A DNA stretch of 64,000 nucleotides, taken from Methanotrichaceae archaeon. Lineage in GTDB: Archaea; Halobacteriota; Methanosarcinia; Methanotrichales; Methanotrichaceae. Below, piece by piece: positions 40,306 through 50,265 of this stretch; the first letter of the stretch is position 1, and each line of letters begins with the position of its first letter. Location: NCBI GenBank assembly GCA_963754945.1, contig CAVWIG010000017.1, forward strand, positions 128,001-192,000, read 5' to 3'. The notes beneath the pieces were generated by a model. That model saw only the letters and a program-made list of their open reading frames with translations, was not told the origin of the DNA and did no database searches. Both the position numbers and the translations under genes were made by a program.

Positions 40306-40800
40306 ATGGCGACTACAACGAAAGATAAAAACGAAATAACGATCTCGCGCATCTTCGATGCACCTCGCGAGAAGGCGTGGAGAGCGTGGACCAATCCGAA
40401 AGAAGCTAAAAAGTGGTGGGGCCTAAGGCCTCCACTGCACCAGAAATCAAGATCGATTTAAAGGTAGGTGGCAAATATCTCTACAGCATGCATGGAGCCG
40501 GTCTCGACGGAGTAGTGAAAGACTTCAGAATGTCGGCAAATTTACGGAAATTGTGCCGATGGAATGGCTGTCTCGACCCTGAACTTCGCCGACGAGAAAG
40601 GCAATCTGGTTCCAGGCTACACACTGCGGTATGCCTGGGGATTGGCCGATGGAAGTTATTGCTACAGTCACCTTTGAAGAAGTCGAGAACGGTAAAACAA
40701 AGCTAACAGTGCGAGAGGTGGTATCCTGGGCGAGATGGGCGAACCTGCGCGAATGGGCTGGGAGCAGCAATTTGACAAGCTCGTGGAATTGCTCAGGTGA
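40306..40800 (+). pseudogene. SRPBCC/AHA1 domain protein, multiple frameshifts
   Basis: ISRIFDAPREK.WRAWT.P...KWWG, IDLKVGG.Y, TVTFEE..GKTKLT and FDKL.E.L fragments fall in different frames. Confidence 0.8.
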
Positions 40801-40944
40801 TGGTATAGCTATTTATTTCTAATATGAATTAAAAATGGATGAAACATTTCATAAAGAGTCGGACCAACTCGGATTGTGGTAGATATGGGCTGTTGAGGGC
40901 GCTCGGTTTTTATCCCGTATGGTAGTTTCTCCTTCAAAGTTGTG

Positions 40945-41330
40945 CTAGAACATGCCATCCTCGTTCGGCGAATCCGCCGGCACCGGCTGGCCGCAGTCCC
41001 ACATCACCACAATCCTGTCACCCAGGAGCGGAACAGATGCACGGCCGCTACGCCACTCTCTCCTGGGCGCAGCACGATGTGGGAGTGCACAGCCACCAGG
41101 TCACCATCGCCGAGCACGTTCTTGACTGAGAGCTGCTTGTTCGGGAATTGCACATGGTTCTCTATAATCGCCTTTTTCAGCGCTGGGAAACCTGCGGGAA
41201 AGAATGGATTGTGGTGCTTTCCTTGCATATCAACATACTTCTGATACGCTTCATCGATACGACCTGCCACGACAAGCTGCAGGAATTTTACTGCTGCTTG
41301 TTTGCGGGCTTGGGTGTTGCTATCTATCGT
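40945..41330 (-). pseudogene. SnoaL/NTF2-like protein, start codon lost and frameshifted
   Basis: HHNP, GDGDLVAVHSH and AAVHLFR, then in the shifted frame GDRIV.MWD.GQ.VP..SPN..GMF. Confidence 0.75.
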
Positions 41331-41358
41331 GATGATTTCTCCTTTACTTGACTGCCAT

Positions 41359-41925
41359 TTACTTGACGAAATTGACACGGAAAAGAGCATCCGTTCTCCC
41401 GGAGTCGGATTCAAGTATCCTAAGCTTCTGCAGTTCAATGTGATCGGTATCGATATTCTCAAACAATCGTAAACCGTTCCCCAGTAACACAGGCATTATG
41501 CCGATCTGCATTTCATCGCATAGCCCAGTGTTTACGCATTGTTGAAAAGTGCTCGCACCGCCCACCACTGTGACATTTTTGTTGCCGGCTGCCCTCTTTG
41601 CCCTAGCAATAGCACTTTGCACGCAATCGTTAACGAAGGTAAACGTCAGCTTTCCGTTCTCCCTTGGAATCTTTTCCGGAACATGGTGGGTAAGGATGAA
41701 TATCGGCACCTGAAATTCGTAATCATCCCAATCATAAATGTCAGGGTCTCCCATCTCGTAAGCACGTCTGCCCATCAGAACTGCTCCTGTCGTTCTTATC
41801 GACTCCTGAAGCATCTCAGTTTTTCGCAGTGCCGCAAGGTCAGGATATAACCGGTTCACTTCACCGTTTCGGTCATTCACAAAACCATCGAGTGATACCG
41901 TCATGCCGACTACAACTTTTCCCAT
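41359..41925 (-). CDS. Dihydrofolate reductase-family (RibD C-terminal) protein
   Basis: SLDGFV, MGRR.Y, VVGGA and PVLLG.G..LF motifs. Confidence 0.85.
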   Translation of the reverse strand: MGKVVVGMTVSLDGFVNDRNGEVNRLYPDLAALRKTEMLQESIRTTGAVLMGRRAYEMGDPDIYDWDDYEFQVPIFILTHHVPEKIPRENGKLTFTFVNDCVQSAIARAKRAAGNKNVTVVGGASTFQQCVNTGLCDEMQIGIMPVLLGNGLRLFENIDTDHIELQKLRILESDSGRTDALFRVNFVK

Positions 41926-41929
41926 ATTT

Positions 41930-42508
41930 CTACCCCGAAGTGCTCGGTTTATCTTGCATCGGTTGGTATTCAAGAATGACGTTCCCGCTGCTCAATGCCT
42001 TAGCGTTTAGGAGCTTCAGCTTGAGTTTGTCGTTCAGGCCTTTGAATAGAGGTTTGCCGCTGCCCAAGACAACAGGATTGACTATAAGTCGGTACAGATC
42101 GATCAAGCCAAGCTTTGCAAACTCGGATACAACGACTCCGCTGCCGAATATCACCATATCCTTTCCAGGCTGCTGCTTCAGCTTCGAGATTTCTTCGGCG
42201 ATGTTCTCTTTGACCACCAACGAGTTGTTCCATTCGGCACTGCCCAACGTCCTCGAAAAGACGATCTTTTGTAGATCGTTCATCATGGGGGCAATGATTG
42301 GATTCTCCTTGTACGCGGCGGGAGTTGGCCAGTAATCCGCAAATAGTTGATAGGTCACCCGTCCCAACAAAATAGTTTCCGCCGTCTTTAGTTGATCTGT
42401 GGAAAATTTTGCCATTTCGTCATCCCAGACGAACCAGTCTATCTCACCGTTAGGTCCTGCAAAGAAGCCGTCAATGGTAATGTAATTTGATACGATTACT
42501 TTTCTCAT
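41930..42508 (-). CDS. Dihydrofolate reductase-family (RibD C-terminal) protein
   Basis: TIDGFFAGP, LGRVTY, KIVFSRTL, FGSG and PVVLGSG.PLF motifs. Confidence 0.88.
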   Translation of the reverse strand: MRKVIVSNYITIDGFFAGPNGEIDWFVWDDEMAKFSTDQLKTAETILLGRVTYQLFADYWPTPAAYKENPIIAPMMNDLQKIVFSRTLGSAEWNNSLVVKENIAEEISKLKQQPGKDMVIFGSGVVVSEFAKLGLIDLYRLIVNPVVLGSGKPLFKGLNDKLKLKLLNAKALSSGNVILEYQPMQDKPSTSG

Positions 42509-42587
42509 GAAACACTATGTAACTTGCTTTATTATATATGTTTGCTTGGTATTTTAGCAAGTTCTAGTTAAAACCAGGAAACAGTAA

Positions 42588-43858
42588 GGCAGTGTAACGA
42601 TTTTTCTGTACTTTGATAATAAGAATGATTATCGGCCCTGTATCCTATCCAATCTTGAGAAAAGGAGGACACAGGACCATGATACCCATAGCACTCTTGG
42701 AAGATTACCTTATCGATCAGGAAGATGGACTAAAGAAGCTTCTGACCTGGTTCTTGAACCTTGTAATGCAGCTAGAAGCGGCGCAACAGGCAGATGCAGA
42801 ACCGTATCAGAGAGTCGAATCCCGAAAGGCACATAGGAATGGCTACAAGGAAAGATCTCTGAAGACGCGAGTTGGAGAGCTCCGACTCAAGAAACCTCAA
42901 TTCCGTGAAATTTCCTTCGAAACCAAGGTGTTCGACAGATTTTCGCGCGTAGAGAAGGCTTTGGTCAACGCTGTACTCGAATCGTATCTCCAGGGGGTTT
43001 CAACCAGGAGAATCCAAGATATTGTCTCTCGATTTGGCATCGAGAATTTATCTGCCTCTAGCGTTTCCAGGATATCCAAAGAGCTTGACGAGAAGGTAGA
43101 AGAATTCCTGAAGAAACCTATCGAACGTCCTATTCCTTATCTTTATGTAGATGCAAGCTACTTCAAAGTAAGAACAGAATCAAGATATGTTACCAAAGCT
43201 TTCATGATCGTCACAGGTGTTAGAGATGACGGTTATCGCGAGATACTTGGCGCAAGAATAGCTGACAGTGAAGATGAACTCTTCTGGTCGGGATTATTTC
43301 AAGATCTGGCGGATCGTGGGTTGTCCGGAGTAAAGCTCGTGATATCAGATGGTCATAAGGGAATCCAGAAAGCGGTTGAGAAATCATTTCTTGGTGCTTC
43401 ATGGCAAATGTGTCACGTTCACTTTTCAAGAGCGGTCTTGAGAAACGTTGCCAAGAAGTATCATAAGGAGATCGCCGATAAGATCAAGATCGCTCTGGAA
43501 GACGAAATCAAGATACAGGACTTAGCGAAAGAATTGAGGGAAAGAGGTTATGCGAAATCTGCTGACACTATCGACCGCTTCAGATTCAGTCTGTGGAATT
43601 ACAGGGCATTCCCCAGAGGTCACTGGAGAAGGATTCGGACTACAAACGGGCTGGAGAGGATCAACAAGGAGCTGAAAAGAAGATCCAGGGTAGTCGGTGC
43701 CTTCCCAAGTGAGAGCTCGTTCATGAGGTTAGGGGTTTCGATCCTCATCGATATCAACGAAGAATGGCTGACCGCTAAAAAGTATTTATCTATGGATGCT
43801 GATTGAGTATGTTGGGATACAGGGCAACTCCAAATTACAGAAATCTCGGCACACTACC
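42588..43858 (+). mobile_element. IS256-family element (1271 bp)
   Basis: Imperfect TIR GGCAGTGTAACGA-TTTTTCTGTA / TACAGAAATCTCGGCACACTACC; perfect 8-bp TSD AACAGTAA. Confidence 0.92.
42679..43806 (+). CDS. IS256-family transposase
   Basis: RNGY..R, GVSTR, LYVDA, ISDGH.G, WQ.C.VHF and TTN.LER.N.E motifs; AAGGAGG RBS. Confidence 0.93.
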   Translation: MIPIALLEDYLIDQEDGLKKLLTWFLNLVMQLEAAQQADAEPYQRVESRKAHRNGYKERSLKTRVGELRLKKPQFREISFETKVFDRFSRVEKALVNAVLESYLQGVSTRRIQDIVSRFGIENLSASSVSRISKELDEKVEEFLKKPIERPIPYLYVDASYFKVRTESRYVTKAFMIVTGVRDDGYREILGARIADSEDELFWSGLFQDLADRGLSGVKLVISDGHKGIQKAVEKSFLGASWQMCHVHFSRAVLRNVAKKYHKEIADKIKIALEDEIKIQDLAKELRERGYAKSADTIDRFRFSLWNYRAFPRGHWRRIRTTNGLERINKELKRRSRVVGAFPSESSFMRLGVSILIDINEEWLTAKKYLSMDAD

Positions 43859-44309
43859 AACAGTAAGCTTGAGAATCATACTGGCGACATGTATTCATCA
43901 ATTAAATTGCATCAAGTTTAGCCAGTTTACAGCCTCTAATATCGATCGAACTGTCTTAGCGGTCCTGTCGTCGCCGCCTTCGCTGAAATGTATATATTCT
44001 TACTTAGCAATTCTCAATAGAATCTGCATCCGGACAGCCAGCAACACTAACCGACAGGCAGAACCGGGGATTCGCATCAGATTATTCACAGGGAAATCCA
44101 ATCTGAGATAGGAATGAAAAGGAAGAGTCCTCAAATTTAGAGTATAGGCAACATATCCAAGTAGTTGAATAAAGCTGTTAATAAACACGCATCGCTGATA
44201 TCGGTAAAACGCATGTGAATTGAAACTGGCCTTTGTACTTGTAGTCTGCGGAAGGAATACCAAAAGAAAAAGAGGCATTTGGCGGATCTTTAGGCCGTGA
44301 AGAGAACCC

Positions 44310-45722
44310 TCAAGTCCTCTCCACCTCCTCAACGACAAGCCTGTGAACCTCCGCAGGGTCTGCCCTTCCCTTGGTCTTCTTCATGACCAGGCCGACGACG
44401 TAGTTTAGCGCCCTCTCGTTGCCGCCCCTGAAATCCTCAACGGCAGCCACGCTCTCGGCCACTGCCTCCCTGACAGCCCGGAGAACAGCGTCGTCACCGG
44501 TCCTTGTTAATCCCAGATCGCTGACGATCTGTCCGGGCGATCCTCCCTTGTCCAGGATTGTGCGTATTATCTGCACTGCGGCATCCTCAGCGATTCGTCC
44601 TGAGTCAAGCATGTTTACGATCTCAGCCATGTGATCCGGCTTGAAGCTGTCGACGGCGAGGCTGCGATAATTCAGCTCGCCTTTGAGAACGTCCGCCACC
44701 CACACAGCCGCCAGTTTGGGCGCGGCTCGCGCTGCAACCAGCTCATAGAAGTTGGCCACTTTTATATCCGATGTCAGCGCCTTGGCGTGGTCGTCGGTCA
44801 TGCCGTACTGCTCCCTGAACCGATCTCTCTTAGTATCGGGCAGCTCGGGCAGAGAGGCCTTTATGGCTGGCACCCAAGTTGACACACGCATGGGCACAAG
44901 ATCGGCCTCGGGATAGTAGCGGTAGTCGTGAGCCTGCTCCTTGGACCTGATGGAGACGGTGATGTTTCGGAGCTCGTCGAAGTGCCTTGTCTCCTGGACA
45001 ACCTTGATGTTCCTGCGTTTCAGGTTTCTCTGGCGGGTTATCTCGTAGGACAGAGCCTTCTCCACGCCCTTATGGCTAGAGATGTTCTTGACCTCAGCTC
45101 TGTCGCCTCCGGACAGGGATATGTTCGCGTCCACCCGCATGGACCCTTCAAGGTTGCCGTCGAAGACGTCTAAATACTCTAGAATGGACCGCAGCTTGTC
45201 CAGGAAGACTCTGGCCTCCTTGGGAGAACGCAGATCAGGTTCTGTGACCACTTCCAACAGAGGCATGCCGCACCTGTTGTAATCGACCATGGTGTACTTG
45301 GCCTTGTCAATGGTTCCGGCGTGGACCAGACGTCCTGGGTCCTCCTCCATGTGGGCCCTGGTTATTCTTATCTGCCTCTCTCCATCGTCTCCCTTTATCA
45401 GAAGATGGCCGCCAGTGGCGAGAGGATAGTCGTACTGGCTGATCTGGAAACCTTTCGGCAGATCCGGATAATAGTAGTTCTTCCTGTAGAAGAGGGTCTG
45501 CTCCTCAATCTTGCAGTCCAGGGCCAGACCTACCCGGATTCCGTACTCCACTGCTTTCTTATTGAGGACCGGCAGGGATCCGGGCAGCCCCAGGCAGACT
45601 GGGCAAGTGTGGGTGTTTGGCTCGTCGGCATGGTATTTGGTCGAACATCCGCAGAACATCTTGGAGTTCAGCTTGTTTAGCTGGACGTGGATCTCCAGGC
45701 CTATTATGACATCCGTCTCCAT
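44310..45722 (-). CDS. gatB: Asp-tRNA(Asn)/Glu-tRNA(Gln) amidotransferase subunit B
   Basis: IGLEIHVQL, RKNYYYPDLPKGFQISQ, EVKN and DYRYYPE motifs. Confidence 0.96.
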   Translation of the reverse strand: METDVIIGLEIHVQLNKLNSKMFCGCSTKYHADEPNTHTCPVCLGLPGSLPVLNKKAVEYGIRVGLALDCKIEEQTLFYRKNYYYPDLPKGFQISQYDYPLATGGHLLIKGDDGERQIRITRAHMEEDPGRLVHAGTIDKAKYTMVDYNRCGMPLLEVVTEPDLRSPKEARVFLDKLRSILEYLDVFDGNLEGSMRVDANISLSGGDRAEVKNISSHKGVEKALSYEITRQRNLKRRNIKVVQETRHFDELRNITVSIRSKEQAHDYRYYPEADLVPMRVSTWVPAIKASLPELPDTKRDRFREQYGMTDDHAKALTSDIKVANFYELVAARAAPKLAAVWVADVLKGELNYRSLAVDSFKPDHMAEIVNMLDSGRIAEDAAVQIIRTILDKGGSPGQIVSDLGLTRTGDDAVLRAVREAVAESVAAVEDFRGGNERALNYVVGLVMKKTKGRADPAEVHRLVVEEVERT

Positions 45723-47141
45723 TTAGACCGCCTCCGGTCTCTTGAGATGGAAAGGAGTGGCTTCCTCGAAGGCGTTGGCTGCACGCAGCAACAGGTCCTC
45801 CTGGAAATGCCTTCCTATGAGCTGAAGTCCAATTGGCAGGTGCCCTGCAAATCCGCAGGGCAGGGAAGCCGCCGGAACTCCGGCCAGGTTGATTGGCACG
45901 GTGAAGACGTCAGCCAGATAAAGCGATAGCGGATCGTTGATGCGCTCGCCAATTCTGAAGGCGGGGATCGGCATGGTGGGACCGGCGATGAGGTCAACGT
46001 CTTTGAAGGCGCGCAGGAAGTCGTCCTTTATCAGAGTCCTCACCTTGAGGGCCTTGAGATAGTAACGGCCGTAATATCCCGCAGACAGGGCATAGGTGCC
46101 GAGGAGTATCCTTCTCTTGACCTCCGGACCGAACCCTTCCGCCCGGATCTCCGAGTAGGTTGTGTGCCAGTCCTGGTCCTCCTCTTTTCGCAGGCCGTAG
46201 CGCAGACCATCGAAGCGGGCAAGGTTAGAGGAGGCCTCGCTCATGGCTATTACGTAGTAAGCGGCTAAAGCGTAGCGGGTGTGGGGCAAGCTTACCTCTT
46301 TCCAAGCCGCCCCCAGGCCCTCAAGTGTCGAGATGGCATTCCATACGGCCTTCTCTACCTTTTTGTCAACTCCCTCTCCGAAATACTCCTTGGGAATCCC
46401 TATCTTGAGTCCCTGGACGCCCTTCTTCAATCCAGGAAGGTAGCTTCCCTTCTCAGCGGAGGTTGTGTCCCTCCAGTCGTGACCTGCCATGATCTCCATG
46501 AGAAGAGCAGTATCCTCCACCGTGTTTGTGAGGGGTCCAATCTGCTCAAGTGAGTTGGCGTAGGCAATGAGCCCGTACCTTGAGACAAGGCCGTAGGTGG
46601 GCTTAAGGCCAACTATGCCGCAGAATGAGGCCGGGCAGCGGACAGAACCGCCTGTGTCAGAGCCCAAGGCGCAGGGCGCTTCGCCTCCTGCAACCGCAGC
46701 CGCACTTCCGCCACTGGACCCTCCAGGAACTGTGTCCAGGTCCCAGGGGTTGCGCGTAGGCCCAAAGCAGCTCGTCTCAGTAGAGGTTCCCATGGCGAAC
46801 TCGTCCATGTTTGTCTTGCCCATGACTATCGCACCCTCGGCTTTGAGCCGCTCGACGACGTGGGCATCGTACGGCGGTACATATCCTCTAAGGATCTTAG
46901 AGCTACACGTCGTCTCTATGCCTCTGGTGGAGATGCATTCCTTGATGGCGATAGGTACACCGGCAAGAAGGCCCTGCCACGGTTTGCGGTCGAACTCTCT
47001 GGCCCGAGCGAGTGCGTTGTCCTTGGCCAGGATGGTGAAGGCATTGAGCTTGCTATGCTCGATCTTATCGAACAGCTTTTGAAGGTATTCTTCCGAAGAT
47101 CCGGCAGCAAGTTGATCTTTGAGCTGTGTAAGCATGATCAC
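45723..47141 (-). CDS. gatA: Amidotransferase subunit A
   Basis: GKTNMDEFAMG, GGSSGGS, DTGGSVR and RRILLGTYALS motifs. Confidence 0.96.
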   Translation of the reverse strand: MIMLTQLKDQLAAGSSEEYLQKLFDKIEHSKLNAFTILAKDNALARAREFDRKPWQGLLAGVPIAIKECISTRGIETTCSSKILRGYVPPYDAHVVERLKAEGAIVMGKTNMDEFAMGTSTETSCFGPTRNPWDLDTVPGGSSGGSAAAVAGGEAPCALGSDTGGSVRCPASFCGIVGLKPTYGLVSRYGLIAYANSLEQIGPLTNTVEDTALLMEIMAGHDWRDTTSAEKGSYLPGLKKGVQGLKIGIPKEYFGEGVDKKVEKAVWNAISTLEGLGAAWKEVSLPHTRYALAAYYVIAMSEASSNLARFDGLRYGLRKEEDQDWHTTYSEIRAEGFGPEVKRRILLGTYALSAGYYGRYYLKALKVRTLIKDDFLRAFKDVDLIAGPTMPIPAFRIGERINDPLSLYLADVFTVPINLAGVPAASLPCGFAGHLPIGLQLIGRHFQEDLLLRAANAFEEATPFHLKRPEAV

Positions 47142-47419
47142 ACTATCCTGGGACTCTTGAAGTAGCCGTTCTCTATCTTAGGCGCGTTCTTGAGCGCCTC
47201 TTCCTTAGTAAGCGATTTGCAGGCAACGTCATCCCGAAAGACGTTGGCCAGGTCGACCACGCGGTAAGTGGGCTCTATCCCCTCGGTGTCTACCTCGTCA
47301 AGCTGGTGGAAGTAATCCAGAATGGAATTGAACTGGTCCACGAACTTCTCCTTCTCCTCATCGCTGATCTTGATGCTGGCAAGCCAGCTAATGTGCTCCA
47401 CATCTTCCCTGGTGATCAT
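47138..47419 (-). CDS. gatC: Amidotransferase subunit C
   Basis: ITREDVEHI..LA.I, LDEVDT, R.D and NAP...GYF..P.I; overlaps the gatA start. Confidence 0.93.
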   Translation of the reverse strand: MITREDVEHISWLASIKISDEEKEKFVDQFNSILDYFHQLDEVDTEGIEPTYRVVDLANVFRDDVACKSLTKEEALKNAPKIENGYFKSPRIV

Positions 47420-47737
47420 AATGTCCTCTCGCAATATTCTCGCAATGATCGGGTTTATTTATTGTATGCTATGACCTTGAATCTAACGCTATGCTATAAT
47501 AGACCGGCAAACCATTTCATAAGATATAAAGGCTCTTCAGCCCCCCATAGTTGGAAGTGTTTGCAGTTCCTGGCCAAGACTCAACAACTGTTAACGTTGG
47601 ATGCGAGTCTTCGACGAATATCGGAGTGGGCACCGAACTTGTGTTCTGGGAAGCTCAATGCAAGTACTTCAACAAAATAAAAGAGAAAGAAACAGGCTAC
47701 ATTGCCCAGGTTATACACTGACGGGGCTTCTTTAGCG

Positions 47738-48304
47738 CTAACTTAGCTGGCGCTGGACTTTCCTACCTCCGGACAAAATCCCTGCCAGAGACGCTCCTCC
47801 TTTGGAGCTGTAGGCATTGAAGTTCCCGGAAACGGCGTTGGTATTTGCATTGTTGACGACCAACCTGTAGAGACTGACATCGTCAAGAGAAATGGCCGCC
47901 AGATTCATGCTGTTCCCCTCTGCAATGGAGCCGTAAGCTGTGATGGCCTGGTCCTGTTTGCCATAGGACATTATGGTGCCCTTTCCAAAGACCATATTGC
48001 CGACCTGGAACAGCAACAAGTCTACGCTTGCCACAGGTTTATTTGCATAATCTCTAAGATCGAAGGACCAGGCGCCAGATGCATTAAACGCCGCTATGCC
48101 GCCCGCCACGCCGAGACCACCCACCTTTGCCAGGAACTCCGCAGTGTGTTCGGTGCTCACTATGTTCATATTTTCCGGACTCAGGTCCAATGGAGCCGGA
48201 CCAGAAGTATTTATGAATACAGGTGCCGCCTGGGCTACAAAGCAGCCCAGAAGCACCGCTGAAAATAATACTCCGATAGATTTCATCTCATCTAACCTCC
48301 CCAA
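47738..48304 (-). CDS. Secreted hypothetical protein, distant paralog of 27273/28939
   Basis: Signal peptide; ASGAWSF.L...SVDLLLFQ...G.G...VSGNF pattern. Confidence 0.7.
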   Translation of the reverse strand: MGRLDEMKSIGVLFSAVLLGCFVAQAAPVFINTSGPAPLDLSPENMNIVSTEHTAEFLAKVGGLGVAGGIAAFNASGAWSFDLRDYANKPVASVDLLLFQVGNMVFGKGTIMSYGKQDQAITAYGSIAEGNSMNLAAISLDDVSLYRLVVNNANTNAVSGNFNAYSSKGGASLAGILSGGRKVQRQLS

Positions 48305-48565
48305 AGTCTATGAGTCTTATACCAACAGGAATGCCTATATTTCGCGGATAAATCTAACGCCTAAGGGTCGCCACCTTTGATGGGCTGTTCTTCGGTCTAA
48401 GCTGCTTATGTTCTGGCCAAGCTATGACAATGACCATCTTCAGAGTATAGCCTACATGATTCTTATGATTGCTTTCTGGTAACGAAAAACTCACTATTTC
48501 TATGTTCGCGTCCGAAAAATAAGATTCGGCACGTGAGGGAATTTCGTACTACATTTTATAGTAGC

Positions 48566-48970
48566 TCATCTCTGGCTAATAGATTTATGAACTTTTGTAG
48601 CTAGACGTAGTGCATGCATGGTCAAATAAACGGCTAAAAGTGTAAGTGAAGTAAGGATTATAGGGGCAATATGTAGAAAATTCTCTACTGGTATCCCTCG
48701 ATTGAGCCCTGTAATTCCAGCACCAGCGTTCCCGAATAGAATCAGTACGGCCAACAATCCTGCAAGCCATCCAGTTACAATAACTGCTATGACGATACAT
48801 AAAGTAAGGAAAAGATGGCTTTTAACCAGTAGCATATTCTTTGAATTCGCGTGCCCTGATATGATATTAATAACCTCGTTTACTGGCATCCACAAGGCTA
48901 TCAGCATATAGAACAAACCACCTATCCCTGTTCCCGGAAGTCCTGCAATCATTTTAATGCCCCTTCTCAT
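48566..48970 (-). CDS. Small multi-TM membrane protein overlapping the GT2 gene end
   Basis: GLPGTGIGGLFY...W.P N-terminus, three hydrophobic segments, and a start overlapping or abutting the GT2 stop. Confidence 0.65.
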   Translation of the reverse strand: MRRGIKMIAGLPGTGIGGLFYMLIALWMPVNEVINIISGHANSKNMLLVKSHLFLTLCIVIAVIVTGWLAGLLAVLILFGNAGAGITGLNRGIPVENFLHIAPIILTSLTLLAVYLTMHALRLATKVHKSISQR

Positions 48971-50096
48971 ATGTCTGGAATTTCTTATTGAGAATTATCT
49001 CGCTAAATAAAGCCTCTAAGATGAACAATGCATTGACGGTTCTCAGTACAAAGAATGACGGAATGCTCGCTAAAGCTTTCCGAACCTCTTTCCGTTCCTT
49101 AGCTTTGAATAAAACAGGAACTAGCACGACTGGAATGTCAATTACGTAGGCGAGCAGTAAGATTGGATTTGATAGTAGTATGGCTAGGAGTGGTAATATG
49201 ATGAGATAAGCAAAAGAGGCAATCACTGCATCCCACAGAGATACTGCGATAAATGACCGAAGATAGGGTATTTCGAGGATTTCTGCCCAATGGAGTTTAA
49301 TATTTTGGACATAGCCATGTGACCAACGTCGAAGTTGTTTATTCATGAAATCAAAATTTTTGGGCTCAATGGGATAACAAACCGCTTCCGGACAAAACCG
49401 CACGCTATATCCCGAATTGTAAAAACTCCATGTCAGATCCATATCCTCAGCAAGAGTCCGGGTTGACCATCCGCCCATCTCTTTAAGTTTATCCGTTCGG
49501 TACATCGAAAAACAGCCCGATGATATAAGTGGTTTCTTGTAATAGTCCTGTATGGGTTTGTACCATGTGAAAGCTAAAAGATATTCTATATACCGTCCTC
49601 TTTCCCAAAGAGTTTTTACGTACCTTGGAATTACGAAGCCACATGCTGCGACTACTCGAGGGTCGTGGAATGCCTGGCTAAGTTTCTCTATAGCATCGGG
49701 TGCCAGTATGGTATCAGCATCAATTGCCATTGTGAACTCGGTATGCACATTCGGCAATGCAAAACTCTGTGCACCTGCCTTTGATCCAGTATTATTGATA
49801 GGTCTTATAGTGGTTACACCCATGGACATAGCTATGTCACCAGTTCCATCGGTGGAACAATCATCGATAACCACAATTTCTTTGGCTGACACGGTTTGAG
49901 CTTTTAGGCTGAGAATGGTATCCCCGATGCTTTCTTTCTCGTTGTGAGCAGGGATTAATATCGTAAGATCGCCAATTTTTTTCTTTGAGTTAGAATTAAG
50001 ATAATTAATTCGGTTTCGATCAATTTTGAGGCTATCTTTGATAATTTTAGACTCCTCTGTCCTACTATTTCCGAATTTATTTTCTGCTTTCATCAT
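48954..50096 (-). CDS. Processive-type GT2 glycosyltransferase (PgaC/IcaA/cellulose synthase-like)
   Basis: IPAHNE, DDCSTD, DADT, LAEDMD and QLRRW motifs; C-terminal TM helices. Confidence 0.88.
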   Translation of the reverse strand: MMKAENKFGNSRTEESKIIKDSLKIDRNRINYLNSNSKKKIGDLTILIPAHNEKESIGDTILSLKAQTVSAKEIVVIDDCSTDGTGDIAMSMGVTTIRPINNTGSKAGAQSFALPNVHTEFTMAIDADTILAPDAIEKLSQAFHDPRVVAACGFVIPRYVKTLWERGRYIEYLLAFTWYKPIQDYYKKPLISSGCFSMYRTDKLKEMGGWSTRTLAEDMDLTWSFYNSGYSVRFCPEAVCYPIEPKNFDFMNKQLRRWSHGYVQNIKLHWAEILEIPYLRSFIAVSLWDAVIASFAYLIILPLLAILLSNPILLLAYVIDIPVVLVPVLFKAKERKEVRKALASIPSFFVLRTVNALFILEALFSEIILNKKFQTYEKGH

Positions 50097-50265
50097 AGAC
50101 TCCCCCACCTGAATGAAAATATATTTACGACATTTGTCGAATTAGAGCTAGTTGAATATTAATCTTTCGCCGTAAAATCGTTCACAGTCATCCGTGAGGA
50201 TATGTACTGAAAGGACAATTCAACATCTCAAAATTAAAAATATGTTATGATACCTGAACCTTTAT

